Origin: Acidimicrobiales bacterium
GTDB taxonomy: Bacteria > Actinomycetota > Acidimicrobiia > Acidimicrobiales > Poriferisodalaceae
Direction of reading: 5' to 3'
Length of the DNA: 64,000 nt
Assembly: GCA_030743005.1 (NCBI GenBank)
Contig: JASLTG010000013.1
Location: 762-64,761 of the forward strand
A program made the translations under genes and the position numbers. This document shows, piece by piece, positions 10,253 to 19,308 of the stretch; the first letter of the stretch is position 1; every line of letters starts with the position of its first letter. The notes under the pieces were generated by a model. That model was not told the DNA's origin. It worked only from the letters and a program-made list of their open reading frames with translations, and ran no database searches.

Positions 10253-11971
10253 CTAAATCGTGGGTAACCGCGGTCCGGCGATCCTGAGATCTTCTCTTCG
10301 GCGCGTCACACCGGTGCTATCAAGCACAGCGCAGATAGGTAACGCGAACTTTCGCGTCGTTCCCAAAGCATCACGGATTTCAGCAACCGTGACGCCGTCA
10401 GGTTTTTCTTCTAAGAGCTGAGCCACCACGATCGCTGCGCTATCTATGGCAGAAGCAGCGAACAAAACACCATCATTTTGGATCACCGTTCCCCGTTGGA
10501 TTAAACCTCTTATCTCCTCACTTGATAACCCATCAGGTTGAGCAGGTGAAAAAGGGTTTGCTTCAAGTTCATTGACTAATGGGTGATTAACAAAGACATC
10601 TTCTTGATCCAAGGGTCGTGCTTTGCCTTCGAGCACGTCGATACCGTCGAGACTGACCACTACCAGCCGTTCTATTTCGTTTAGCAATGCAACATCTAGA
10701 CCCACTGGCCCGGCTTGATCGATTAAGGAACGAACTTCTTGTTCCGCAGCCGCAACCACCGATGGTGGCGCGACCCAGTCCCCTAAAACGGGTTGTGTGG
10801 CTACTCCAGTAAGGCGCTCCAATTCATCTACTTTGATCCACCCTCGCTCGGCTACTACTCGGTCCACTGAGAGGTCAGGCTGGGCTTCGGAAGCTTTAAC
10901 TATGGGGTCCACATCAAGTACTTGTCCTCCGCCGATAGTTTCGTCACGCCCCGACTCGCGGAGAATGAACCGGTCGCCGGGAAGTAGTGGTAATTCTTCA
11001 GGCAGGAAGACCCTCACCTGCCCCTCTGACCCTGGAGCAAGTGGGTTGGGACCCAGAACCCGGATGCTCACCGGCCATTCCCCAGAACCTATGTACAGAG
11101 AGAAGGCTCCCCGTCGGGAAACTTCGTGATCGAGGTTCGCGAGCACATTGATGTCGGCATCAAATTTTCTTGTTCGATGCCATTGGTCACTTGATATCAG
11201 GGCAACGCCCCTACCCAAGACTTGATGATCGACATTGGCTAGGTTGAGGGCGACCCTGTGACCAGGGTCAATCTTGGTGCGTGGTTCGCCTTGTGTTTGT
11301 ATTGCTCGAATCCGCGCCCGGTTTTCACCGGGTACGAGAACTAATTCGTCGTCGACTCGAAGGCGACCTCCGGTTAATGTGCCAGTGACCACGCTTCCTG
11401 CACCGGTTGCAGCAAATGAACGGTCGATCCACAAACGCGGTCGTTTAGTGTTTGTAGCCGTCGGAGCGTCTTCCGTTAGAGCATCTAAGGCTTCTCTGAG
11501 TTCATCAATGCCAGTGCCATCCAAGCTGTCAACAGCTATGACTGGGGCGCCCTGGAGGAAACTTCCTTCGGTTTTCTCTTCAATATCCATGTGGGCGAGC
11601 TGAGCGAGTTCATCGTCAACCAGACCTATTTGAGTGAGAGCTATCAGCCCGTGACTGATCCCCAATAGTTCGAGAATGCGAAGATGCTCTTCTGATTGAG
11701 GTTTCCACCCTTCGGTTGCTGCAACAACGAAAATGCAGGCATCAACGGCACCCACACCGGCGAGCATGTTCTTAATAAATCTGATGTGTCCAGGAACATC
11801 AATGAAGGACAACTTGCGGCCTGACGACAGGGTCGTGAATGCGAAACCTAAGTCGATAGTTAGACCCCGTTCCTTTTCTTCAGCAAGTCGGTCAGGGTCA
11901 GTTCCTGTGAGCGCGCGTACGAGCGTCGATTTACCGTGATCGACATGCCCTGCTGTCGCAATTACGTGCAT
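10253..11971 (-). CDS. selB: selenocysteine-specific translation elongation factor SelB
   Basis: GTPase N-terminus MHVIATAGHVDHGKSTL, DVPGH, and a long winged-helix C-terminal extension. 572 aa. It starts 3 nt after the selA stop. Confidence 0.9.
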   Translation of the reverse strand: MHVIATAGHVDHGKSTLVRALTGTDPDRLAEEKERGLTIDLGFAFTTLSSGRKLSFIDVPGHIRFIKNMLAGVGAVDACIFVVAATEGWKPQSEEHLRILELLGISHGLIALTQIGLVDDELAQLAHMDIEEKTEGSFLQGAPVIAVDSLDGTGIDELREALDALTEDAPTATNTKRPRLWIDRSFAATGAGSVVTGTLTGGRLRVDDELVLVPGENRARIRAIQTQGEPRTKIDPGHRVALNLANVDHQVLGRGVALISSDQWHRTRKFDADINVLANLDHEVSRRGAFSLYIGSGEWPVSIRVLGPNPLAPGSEGQVRVFLPEELPLLPGDRFILRESGRDETIGGGQVLDVDPIVKASEAQPDLSVDRVVAERGWIKVDELERLTGVATQPVLGDWVAPPSVVAAAEQEVRSLIDQAGPVGLDVALLNEIERLVVVSLDGIDVLEGKARPLDQEDVFVNHPLVNELEANPFSPAQPDGLSSEEIRGLIQRGTVIQNDGVLFAASAIDSAAIVVAQLLEEKPDGVTVAEIRDALGTTRKFALPICAVLDSTGVTRRREDLRIAGPRLPTI

Positions 11972-11974
11972 TGG

Positions 11975-13216
11975 TCAAATAGAGGAGGCAACGGCTTTTG
12001 CCACCAAAGCATCGTCATCGGGGTTAACTGTTCGCAGGTCTAGCACTGTTGAATGATCTCGAACTCTCGCTATCACCGGTACCTCAGCATTACGGAGAGC
12101 CTCGGACACATCTCCCTCTATTTCCACTCCTGCAGATGGGAATTCTTCTCCAGGTAGTGAACCTCCACCCGTCATAGACATTGTGTGGACAGGGCTACCA
12201 ACTCCGAGAGCCTCAGCGCGAGCTTCAAGGTCTGCCACTGGAATTTGAGCCATACGCCAGAAAGGAATTGCGTCCCCTTCGCGACGAAGATAAGCCAAAG
12301 CTGTCTGCTGCAGGGCGTTTAGTACCAACGCCCCGGGTCGGAATGCCCTCATGAGAGGGTGGCTAGCACAAGCTGCTACCAGATCCTTTCGTCCCGCGAT
12401 AACTCCCGCTTGAGGACCCCCAAATAGCTTGTCACATGAAAAAGTTACTAAGTCAGCTCCCGCTTCCAATGTCTGTTTCACAGCAGGTTCATCACGGAGC
12501 CAAGAGGGTTTCCCATCACGTAACCAGTGGCATGCCTCGTCGATAAACCCGGACCCAAGATCTGCAACAACCGGAGGACCAACATCGCTTAACGACCCGA
12601 TCGAAACTTCTTCGGTGAAACCACTGATTTTGTAATTTGATGGATGGACCTTGAGTAATAGAGCAGCGTCATGTAACCGGTGGGCTGCTTGATAGTCAGC
12701 AATACGGGTGCGGTTAGTAGTTCCCACTTCAATCAGTTGAGCGCCGGACTCGGCCATGACATCCGGCACTCGGAAGCCTCCTCCGATTTCAACAAGCTCT
12801 CCTCTGGAAACAGCAACAGCCCGGTTACGCGCGAGAGCTGCAAGTACCAACGTCACAGCGGCAGAACAATTGTTCACTACAAGAGCTGCTTCTGCTCCGC
12901 CTAATTTGCAGATCAAATTGGCTGCATGGTCATTTCGTGAGCCACGGTTGCCCGTGGCCAAATCGAATTCGAGATTTGTTGCTTGTGGTGCCTGCTGGTA
13001 CCCCAATGGCGCCCGACCGAGATTGGTGTGAAGCAATACCCCGGTCGCGTTGATAGCTGGGCCTAAAAGCGCTCGTTTCAATTTGAGCGCTTCTTCTCGA
13101 GCCGAGTCTGGATCGTTGTTGCTGATAGCAGTGCGAGCAGCTTCGACCAGCAGAGGAGATGGGAGATCTATGTCTGACAGAGATCTGGATAACGCATCAA
13201 CTGATGGTGGTCGCAC
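11975..13216 (-). CDS. selA: L-seryl-tRNA(Sec) selenium transferase SelA
   Basis: FSCDKLFGGPQAG contains the PLP-lysine motif, and the protein has the overall SelA layout. It is adjacent to selB. Confidence 0.88.
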   Translation of the reverse strand: MRPPSVDALSRSLSDIDLPSPLLVEAARTAISNNDPDSAREEALKLKRALLGPAINATGVLLHTNLGRAPLGYQQAPQATNLEFDLATGNRGSRNDHAANLICKLGGAEAALVVNNCSAAVTLVLAALARNRAVAVSRGELVEIGGGFRVPDVMAESGAQLIEVGTTNRTRIADYQAAHRLHDAALLLKVHPSNYKISGFTEEVSIGSLSDVGPPVVADLGSGFIDEACHWLRDGKPSWLRDEPAVKQTLEAGADLVTFSCDKLFGGPQAGVIAGRKDLVAACASHPLMRAFRPGALVLNALQQTALAYLRREGDAIPFWRMAQIPVADLEARAEALGVGSPVHTMSMTGGGSLPGEEFPSAGVEIEGDVSEALRNAEVPVIARVRDHSTVLDLRTVNPDDDALVAKAVASSI

Positions 13217-13278
13217 GATAAGAGGATAGGTCCGCCCGAGTTCGATTCGCCCTAGGTACCGTCACTAGGATCAAACAA

Positions 13279-13728
13279 GTGGTCCTTCTTTTCGTTCTTT
13301 TCGTTGTAGTACCGATCCTTGAACTCATGCTCATTATTCAAGTCGGTCAGGCGGTGGGGGCCTGGAATACGGTGACTTTGCTAATTGTTGACAGCCTCGT
13401 CGGGGCATGGCTTGTTAAACACCAAGGGCTTGGTTTACTCAGAAAATCTCAAGATCGTTTACGAAACGGTGAAATGCCAAGTGATGAAATTTTTTCCGGA
13501 GTGGCAGTGCTTTTCGCGGGCGCTTTGATGCTCACTCCAGGATTTCTTACCGATGTCGTCGGGTTATTTTTGTTGATTCCCCCAGTGCGGAATGGTGTGT
13601 TGAATGTCGCGAGACGAAAGTTTCGTTCGCGAATAGCAACTAACTTCACAACATCGAATCTGCCTGACTGGGATAACGAAATCCCTCCCAGCGAGGGCAG
13701 GGATGCATCTGGAGATAATGACAATTGA
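13279..13728 (+). CDS. fxsA: FxsA-family cytoplasmic membrane protein
   Basis: PILELMLIIQVGQAVGAWNTVTLLIVDSLVGAWLVKHQG and LTPGFLTDVVGLFLLIPP are characteristic of FxsA/UPF0716. Confidence 0.75.
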   Translation: MVLLFVLFVVVPILELMLIIQVGQAVGAWNTVTLLIVDSLVGAWLVKHQGLGLLRKSQDRLRNGEMPSDEIFSGVAVLFAGALMLTPGFLTDVVGLFLLIPPVRNGVLNVARRKFRSRIATNFTTSNLPDWDNEIPPSEGRDASGDNDN

Positions 13729-14558
13729 CAACACCGGTTGAAGTTCGGCTGGCAGCGACGGTCATGCTGGTTCGAGATGGGCAGCAAGGTCTTGAAACCT
13801 TCATGCTCAAACGGAACCCCAAAAGCGAATTTGTTCCAGGTCAGTTCGTGTTCCCTGGCGGGGCCGTGGATGTCAACGACCAATTAACTCACGAAGTTGA
13901 GACCGTTTCTTCCGGACTTGATGACAGCCAAGCCTCAAAACGACTTCAGATCGAAAGCGGTGGTCTGGCTTATTGGGTGGCCGCGATTCGCGAATGTTTC
14001 GAAGAGGCAGGGGCGTTACTGGCGCGAATCGATGGGGAGGACTTGTCGTTAGCTGACCCACAGGTTCATCAGCGGTTCCAAGGCCACCGAAACGCTCTTT
14101 ACGCTGGCGATCTTACGGTGATGGACTTGTGTCGATCTGAAGGTCTGTCGTTGAACTTCGATGATCTGCGTTACGTCAGTCATTGGATCACTCCCATTGG
14201 CCCGCCGAGACGATTCGATACCCGGTTTTTTGTGGCGCGGTCACCATATGGACAGCGCCCAGCACACGATGGAGGAGAAACTGTCGAGAGCTGTTGGATC
14301 GCTCCCAAGGAGGCTATGGAACTTCACCACGCCGGCAAGTTCGAAATGATTTTGCCAACAGTCGCCAATCTTGAACCGCTCTTGGAATTGGAGTCAGTCG
14401 ATGAAGTGATGCAGTGGGCAGATGAGCTAACCGACATACCGGAGTTATTGCCCGCGTTGGTTATCTCCGAAGATGGTTCTCCCTCAGTGCTGATGCCCGG
14501 AGAAGTTGGCTACGAAGAAGCGTTAGCTCAACCCCCTCCGCATGGCTCAACTCAGTGA
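13725..14558 (+). CDS. NUDIX-like hydrolase
   Basis: The GGAVD...AAIRECFEEAG region resembles a Nudix box. The TTG start overlaps the fxsA TGA (TTGA). Confidence 0.55.
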   Translation: MTTPVEVRLAATVMLVRDGQQGLETFMLKRNPKSEFVPGQFVFPGGAVDVNDQLTHEVETVSSGLDDSQASKRLQIESGGLAYWVAAIRECFEEAGALLARIDGEDLSLADPQVHQRFQGHRNALYAGDLTVMDLCRSEGLSLNFDDLRYVSHWITPIGPPRRFDTRFFVARSPYGQRPAHDGGETVESCWIAPKEAMELHHAGKFEMILPTVANLEPLLELESVDEVMQWADELTDIPELLPALVISEDGSPSVLMPGEVGYEEALAQPPPHGSTQ

Positions 14559-15739
14559 TCAAAAGTTTTTTCGCTTTTCAGCGACACGGGTATTTCAGCG
14601 ATCGCTGACGCCGAACAAGCGTTCATATCCAGGGGCGGCGCGATTTCTTCAAAAAGGCGTGTAGCAATTTCATGGAATGCCCGGCTCGCCGGCCCATCTG
14701 ACGTAACAACCGGTTGACCAGTATCCCCGCCGGTAGATACAGCAGCTTCGAGTGGGATGGAACCTAGCAATGGCACATCGATTTCATTGGCTAGGCGCTC
14801 ACCGCCGCCCTCACCGAAAAGCGGCCAACTGGTGCCGTCGGGGGTTGTAAAGGCAGACATATTTTCGATCACACCCAGCACAGGCATGTGGCTGCGTCTC
14901 GCCATGTCAGCGACACGGATCGCCACCTTTTGAGCGCTGACAGCTGGTGTAGTCACAACCAGCATCTCTGCTTGAGGCAACAACCTGGCTAAAGCCATTT
15001 GGACATCACCGGTACCCGGTGGCATATCAATCAGCAAATAATCCAGGTCACCCCAATCCACATCATGGAGAAACTGTTCAACCGCTTTAGCCAACATGAG
15101 GCCTCTCCACATGAGAGCGGTTTCTTCTGTATCGACCATCAAACCAGTCGACACGACCTTTAGAAGTCCGGGACCCTCAGGTCGTTCTTCGGGGACTATC
15201 TTCCCACGTTCTTCACCCGAATTCGCGGGGCGGGCATTTAGCCGAGAATCGACCCCCAGCATTCTTGGCACACTGAAACCCCAAATATCTGCGTCAAGAA
15301 CACCGACCGTCAGACCTCGAGCGGCTAACGCGGTAGCAATGTTGACCGTTACGGAAGATTTGCCCACCCCTCCTTTACCTGAAGCGATCGAAATAACTCG
15401 AGTGCGAGCCGGAATTTGACTTGGGGCCGCGTTGTCGCGCGCGGTAAGTCGGGCGCGTTCCATAACTCGCGTGCGTTCTTCTGGCGTCAACTCGTCCCAG
15501 TGCAACTGGACCGCATTGATGCCAGGAAGTGACTCAACCCGAGTTTCGCAGTCACGTTTTATGGTTGCGCGGAGAGGACACCCAGCTGTGGTAAGCGCAA
15601 TAGTGATGTGAGCAGTCTCTCCCTCGAGGGAAACAGACCGCACCATTCCCAAGTCGACAATATTGTCGTGTAACTCGGGATCCATCACGCCGCGCAAGAC
15701 GCCAAGAATCTCGGTTTCGTCAACAGGCTGGTGATCCAC
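14552..15739 (-). CDS. Mrp/ApbC/NBP35-family Fe-S cluster carrier ATPase
   Basis: N-terminal DUF59-like segment (DPELHDNIVDLGMV), deviant Walker A SGKGGVGKSS and a CxxC-type region. The GTG at 15739 is preferred because the track start at 15829 would overlap the divergent erpA start. Confidence 0.85.
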   Translation of the reverse strand: MDHQPVDETEILGVLRGVMDPELHDNIVDLGMVRSVSLEGETAHITIALTTAGCPLRATIKRDCETRVESLPGINAVQLHWDELTPEERTRVMERARLTARDNAAPSQIPARTRVISIASGKGGVGKSSVTVNIATALAARGLTVGVLDADIWGFSVPRMLGVDSRLNARPANSGEERGKIVPEERPEGPGLLKVVSTGLMVDTEETALMWRGLMLAKAVEQFLHDVDWGDLDYLLIDMPPGTGDVQMALARLLPQAEMLVVTTPAVSAQKVAIRVADMARRSHMPVLGVIENMSAFTTPDGTSWPLFGEGGGERLANEIDVPLLGSIPLEAAVSTGGDTGQPVVTSDGPASRAFHEIATRLFEEIAPPLDMNACSASAIAEIPVSLKSEKTFDH

Positions 15740-15827
15740 ATTTATAAGGCTAGTAACGACATTCGTTGTGATCCACTGTCGCGTATTGGCTACAATTGAA
15801 AATAGATAACATCGGAGGTCCCAAAAC

Positions 15828-16160
15828 ATGATCGCCTTGACTGATATTGCGACTGAAAAAGTTAGAGAATTAATCGAAGCCGAAGGCGAAATTGATTTGG
15901 CGCTCCGAGTAGCAGTCCGTCCCGGCGGATGTTCTGGGTACAGCTACGAAATGTTTTTTGATAGCGAAACCGAAGCAGATGACATGTCGCAATTCTTCGG
16001 AGATGGAGATGGAGATGTCCGTGTCGTTTCGGATCCAATGAGCGCCCAACTTCTCGAAGGAGCCACGTTGGATTTCAAGGATGGCCTGATGGGGTCGGGG
16101 TTTGCCATTGATAACCCAAATGCTCAACGAACATGCGGCTGCGGTAGCTCTTTCAGCTGA
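15828..16160 (+). CDS. erpA: HesB/IscA/ErpA-type Fe-S cluster insertion protein
   Basis: RVAVRPGGCSGYSY and a C-terminal CGCGSSF. Confidence 0.88.
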   Translation: MIALTDIATEKVRELIEAEGEIDLALRVAVRPGGCSGYSYEMFFDSETEADDMSQFFGDGDGDVRVVSDPMSAQLLEGATLDFKDGLMGSGFAIDNPNAQRTCGCGSSFS

Positions 16161-16171
16161 GAACCAACCTT

Positions 16172-17047
16172 TTAAATCAGCGAAAGTAATTCCCTCAGTT
16201 CGACGTTGTCCCAAATATGGTCAAGTCGTCGCAGGACTACACCTTGTTCGTCTAGAAGGAACATAAAAGGCTCGTAATTGACACCCATTTTTATGACCGC
16301 GGGTGCAATCGGGCCTAGGTCGTCTGTACTTGGATTTGAATACACCTCTGCGTGAATAACATCGAATCCTGAATAATTTGATCCGACTTGGGAGATCAAG
16401 TTCTCTAATACAGGACCGCACATCCATTTCGTTCCACAAAACGCCGGTGTGCTCACGATTAGTACAGTTGCGCGTTCCGAAGAAATTGAATCGTCCAGTG
16501 ATATGTCGTGAAATGGGCATGAAGGTTCTCGAGTGCAAATGGGGTTCACACCACTGGGGCGTGATGAGGTGGGGGTCACCAGGGCCGGGAAACGATCACC
16601 GGGCCAAATGATCGGGCTCTGTGATTTTGTTCCCGGGTTTGTGTAGCCGACGTACTTTCCTCGCTTTCCTAGATCGAAACGAAATTCGTGAATCCCTGAT
16701 CTTTGGAATGGAACGATCACTGGGTAGTAAGGCATCGCGACACCGTCAATATGGCGTTGTGCGGTGGTTGTGAGAATTGTCTGGAAGTCAGTATCAACAA
16801 TCTCCACTTCAATCGATTCCGGTGAAAGCCCGCCCAGATTGCCGTCATCATCGGAGAATGACCAGATTGTTCTTTGAGGGCCCCGATTGCTGATAACGGT
16901 TTGGTCAGAAAACCATTTCGATGCTGCTTTAAGTTCGCTTTGATTTTTTGTCCGGGTCCCGCATGCTGCCAACAAGGCTGTGGCGGCTAAGCCACCACCC
17001 GCGAGTGATAAGAAAGTTCTGCGTGAAACACGCTGAGGGTCCCACAT
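16172..17047 (-). CDS. Tat-signal lipoprotein with a C-terminal thioredoxin-fold-like region
   Basis: ATG at 17047 gives MWDPQRVSRRTFLSLAGGGLAATALLAAC, a twin-arginine motif plus lipobox. STPAFCGTKWMCGP is a Cys pair. Function is unknown. Confidence 0.55.
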   Translation of the reverse strand: MWDPQRVSRRTFLSLAGGGLAATALLAACGTRTKNQSELKAASKWFSDQTVISNRGPQRTIWSFSDDDGNLGGLSPESIEVEIVDTDFQTILTTTAQRHIDGVAMPYYPVIVPFQRSGIHEFRFDLGKRGKYVGYTNPGTKSQSPIIWPGDRFPALVTPTSSRPSGVNPICTREPSCPFHDISLDDSISSERATVLIVSTPAFCGTKWMCGPVLENLISQVGSNYSGFDVIHAEVYSNPSTDDLGPIAPAVIKMGVNYEPFMFLLDEQGVVLRRLDHIWDNVELRELLSLI

Positions 17048-17131
17048 ATTGCGATTCACTCCTTGGAACGTAGCCTGAACTCTGCTCTCATCTGAAGCGT
17101 TGAGACCTATTCCTGATATGGAGGTAATCCC

Positions 17132-18655
17132 ATCGAACGACTCATTCGATTCCAACTTGATGGACAAGAGGTTGACGTCGTAGATGACGGCGACAGCCTT
17201 TTGGGGGCGTTACGCGACCATCTCGGGAATCGGTCGGTCAAGGATGGTTGCAGTCCGCAAGGACAGTGCGGTTGCTGCACCGTGTTGATCGACAACGCCC
17301 CCCGAGTTGCCTGCGTTACGCCGCTGAGGCGCGTTGCGGGCAGAAGCATCACCACTATCGATGGCCTAACCGAACCGGAGCGGGCACGATGGGCAGACGC
17401 TTTCTTGGCCCATGGGGCTTCTCAGTGCGGCTTTTGTACTCCGGGTATCGTCTGTCGGTTCGTAGGGCATGAACGCAAAGGCGCCGACCTTGGAGATCGA
17501 GAAACAGTAGATCGGTTGTTGTCCGCTCATCTTTGTCGTTGTACCGGATGGCAAACCATCAGAGAAGCAGCAGCCGAAGTTTCAGTTGAATACCCTCAAC
17601 GAGATGTCGAATTAGCGACCCGTCAAGCAAGCCTTGAAGCTGGGATGCACCAAATTGTGGGCCCAGAAGTAGTGCTGGGCGAAGTGAGCTTTGGAGATGA
17701 CAAACCCCCAGATCAGGCGCTTGTGGCAACTCGAAATGATGAGCGGTGGGTTGTTGGGGAAACACTGCACCAAGCTCGAGAACGTGCTGGCAAAGTTCAA
17801 GGTCGGCGTACCAGCTTGGAGTCAAACCCTCCGTTGGAGTTACCCAAAGGGGACTGGTCACTCACTCTTCGAACTGGGTGGGTGGAACCGGCGTACCTGG
17901 AAACTGACGCGTCATGGTGTGACCCGCTCGGTGAGCCGTCTAACCCAATAGCGAATGGGGGAGCTTTTGGTGGGAAAACTGACAGTGATGTATCGGAAAG
18001 AGCCCAATTGCTCGCACGGGAGAACGGTCTACCTGTGCGGGTCCTTTGGTCAAGAGAAGATGTGGTCCGTTACGGAAGTAAACGCCCCCCAATCGCTGCA
18101 GGACTACGCGCCGATGGGAGTGGTGTTGTCCGCGTCGCCAAGACGCCCGGTGTAGCGGAGGTTATTCAAGCGGTATTACCCGCCTGTGAAATCGAACAGA
18201 TAGAAATCCCCGGTCCCCCAACTTCGCTTGCTTTGAGAGGCGCTGGATGGGCTGAGGCCGAGATGCTTCGAACAGGACTTCGCGGTCAAAATGATTGGGT
18301 TCATGCTCCTTCGGGGGCGCGTGCACAAGCTGAGATCGATCAAGGAATAATCCGGATTGAAGTTGATAGTGGCACGCCGCTCGACTGGGTGATGTTTCGC
18401 AGCTACTGCATAGGCGCAGCGCACATGGCCTACAGCTGGGTGACTTCAGAGAGTCTGAGCGTGGACCCATCAGGAGAAGTACAAGATCTCACAGTTCGAT
18501 CCTTTGGGGTGCTTCGCTCTTCGGACAGCCCTCACATAGAGGTAGTTTCGGTAGGCGAAGGCGAAGTTCTCGCAGCGGGAGACGCAGTATTTGCCGCAGT
18601 AGCCGCCGCCGCATGGTTGAATCGGGGTTGTCCACCTGATTTGCCAACCGGATAA
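17132..18655 (+). CDS. fusion of a [2Fe-2S] CoxS/XdhA-like module with a short xanthine-dehydrogenase-family-like C-terminal region
   Basis: GCSPQGQCGCCTV and CGFCTPG..HLCRCTG are the two 2Fe-2S motifs. The conserved N-terminus IRFQLDGQEVDVV..LLGALRDHLG lies upstream of the first canonical start (TTG 17201). The proposed start is ATC 17132, 6 nt after GGAGGT. Confidence 0.6.
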   Translation: MERLIRFQLDGQEVDVVDDGDSLLGALRDHLGNRSVKDGCSPQGQCGCCTVLIDNAPRVACVTPLRRVAGRSITTIDGLTEPERARWADAFLAHGASQCGFCTPGIVCRFVGHERKGADLGDRETVDRLLSAHLCRCTGWQTIREAAAEVSVEYPQRDVELATRQASLEAGMHQIVGPEVVLGEVSFGDDKPPDQALVATRNDERWVVGETLHQARERAGKVQGRRTSLESNPPLELPKGDWSLTLRTGWVEPAYLETDASWCDPLGEPSNPIANGGAFGGKTDSDVSERAQLLARENGLPVRVLWSREDVVRYGSKRPPIAAGLRADGSGVVRVAKTPGVAEVIQAVLPACEIEQIEIPGPPTSLALRGAGWAEAEMLRTGLRGQNDWVHAPSGARAQAEIDQGIIRIEVDSGTPLDWVMFRSYCIGAAHMAYSWVTSESLSVDPSGEVQDLTVRSFGVLRSSDSPHIEVVSVGEGEVLAAGDAVFAAVAAAAWLNRGCPPDLPTG

Positions 18656-18697
18656 ATCAGACCCAAACCCTTTACTTCGTGTACGTGGAGGTACCAA

Positions 18698-19045
18698 GTG
18701 TCTAAACCCGTAGCTCATTACTCAGCGTCATACCGGGCAGGCGATCTTCTGTTCGTGTCTGGCCAATTGGGTCTCGCCGACGGTTCGTTAGTCGAAGGAG
18801 TTGAAGCACAGACATCCCAAGCTCTCGCCAATGCTCAGAGCGTTCTCCAACAACACGGCCTGAGTCTCGAAAATGTCGTGAAGTGCACAGTATTTATGAC
18901 CGACATTGAAAACTTTTCAACCATAAACGAGATCTATGCCCAAACTTTTGGAGATCATCGACCGTCCCGTTCAGCTATTGCCGTCAAGGCGTTACCACTT
19001 GGTGGTCTGGTCGAAATTGAAGCGATAGCTCACATCTCAGATTGA
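18698..19045 (+). CDS. ridA: RidA/YjgF/L-PSP family reactive-intermediate deaminase
   Basis: 115 aa. GDLLFVSGQLGL and VEIEAIA are typical family motifs. Confidence 0.85.
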   Translation: MSKPVAHYSASYRAGDLLFVSGQLGLADGSLVEGVEAQTSQALANAQSVLQQHGLSLENVVKCTVFMTDIENFSTINEIYAQTFGDHRPSRSAIAVKALPLGGLVEIEAIAHISD

Positions 19046-19126
19046 TCATCCGATGGTGACAGCATTAGGTGTTTTATTGCTTACCTAAGTCGTAACTAAC
19101 GTCGTTAACTGGCTACCATCGAGAAC

Positions 19127-19282
19127 ATGGTCGGAGGAATAGCTATAGCTGTAATTCTGTTGCTGAGCCCATTCATGATCACCCTTAGCCTCGCTGCTGT
19201 AGCTGCTTTGTTAGGGAACTCCCTGAAAGGCGACGCTGAATCACGGCATGAAGGCAGCAGCCTCATCGAAACTAATTACTAG
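19127..19282 (+). CDS. possible 51-aa small membrane protein
   Basis: The ATG ORF MVGGIAIAVILLLSPFMITLSLAAVAALLGNSLKGD... fills an otherwise empty gap. It is below the track size cut-off and I recognise no homology. Confidence 0.25.
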   Translation: MVGGIAIAVILLLSPFMITLSLAAVAALLGNSLKGDAESRHEGSSLIETNY

Positions 19283-19308
19283 ATTCTGACCTTGCGAATG
19301 TTCGGCGC

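Noticed and set aside
15740-15829. Long N-terminal extension of Mrp/ApbC that overlaps the divergent erpA start
   Set aside because: The extension (MFWDLRCYLFSIVANTRQW...) has no resemblance to the DUF59 N-terminus. The GTG at 15739 gives a normal start and frees a divergent promoter region.
15999-16016. (GGAGAT)x3 microsatellite inside erpA encoding GDGDGD
   Set aside because: It is a short in-frame acidic-loop repeat within a conserved gene, with no sign of regulatory or contingency function.
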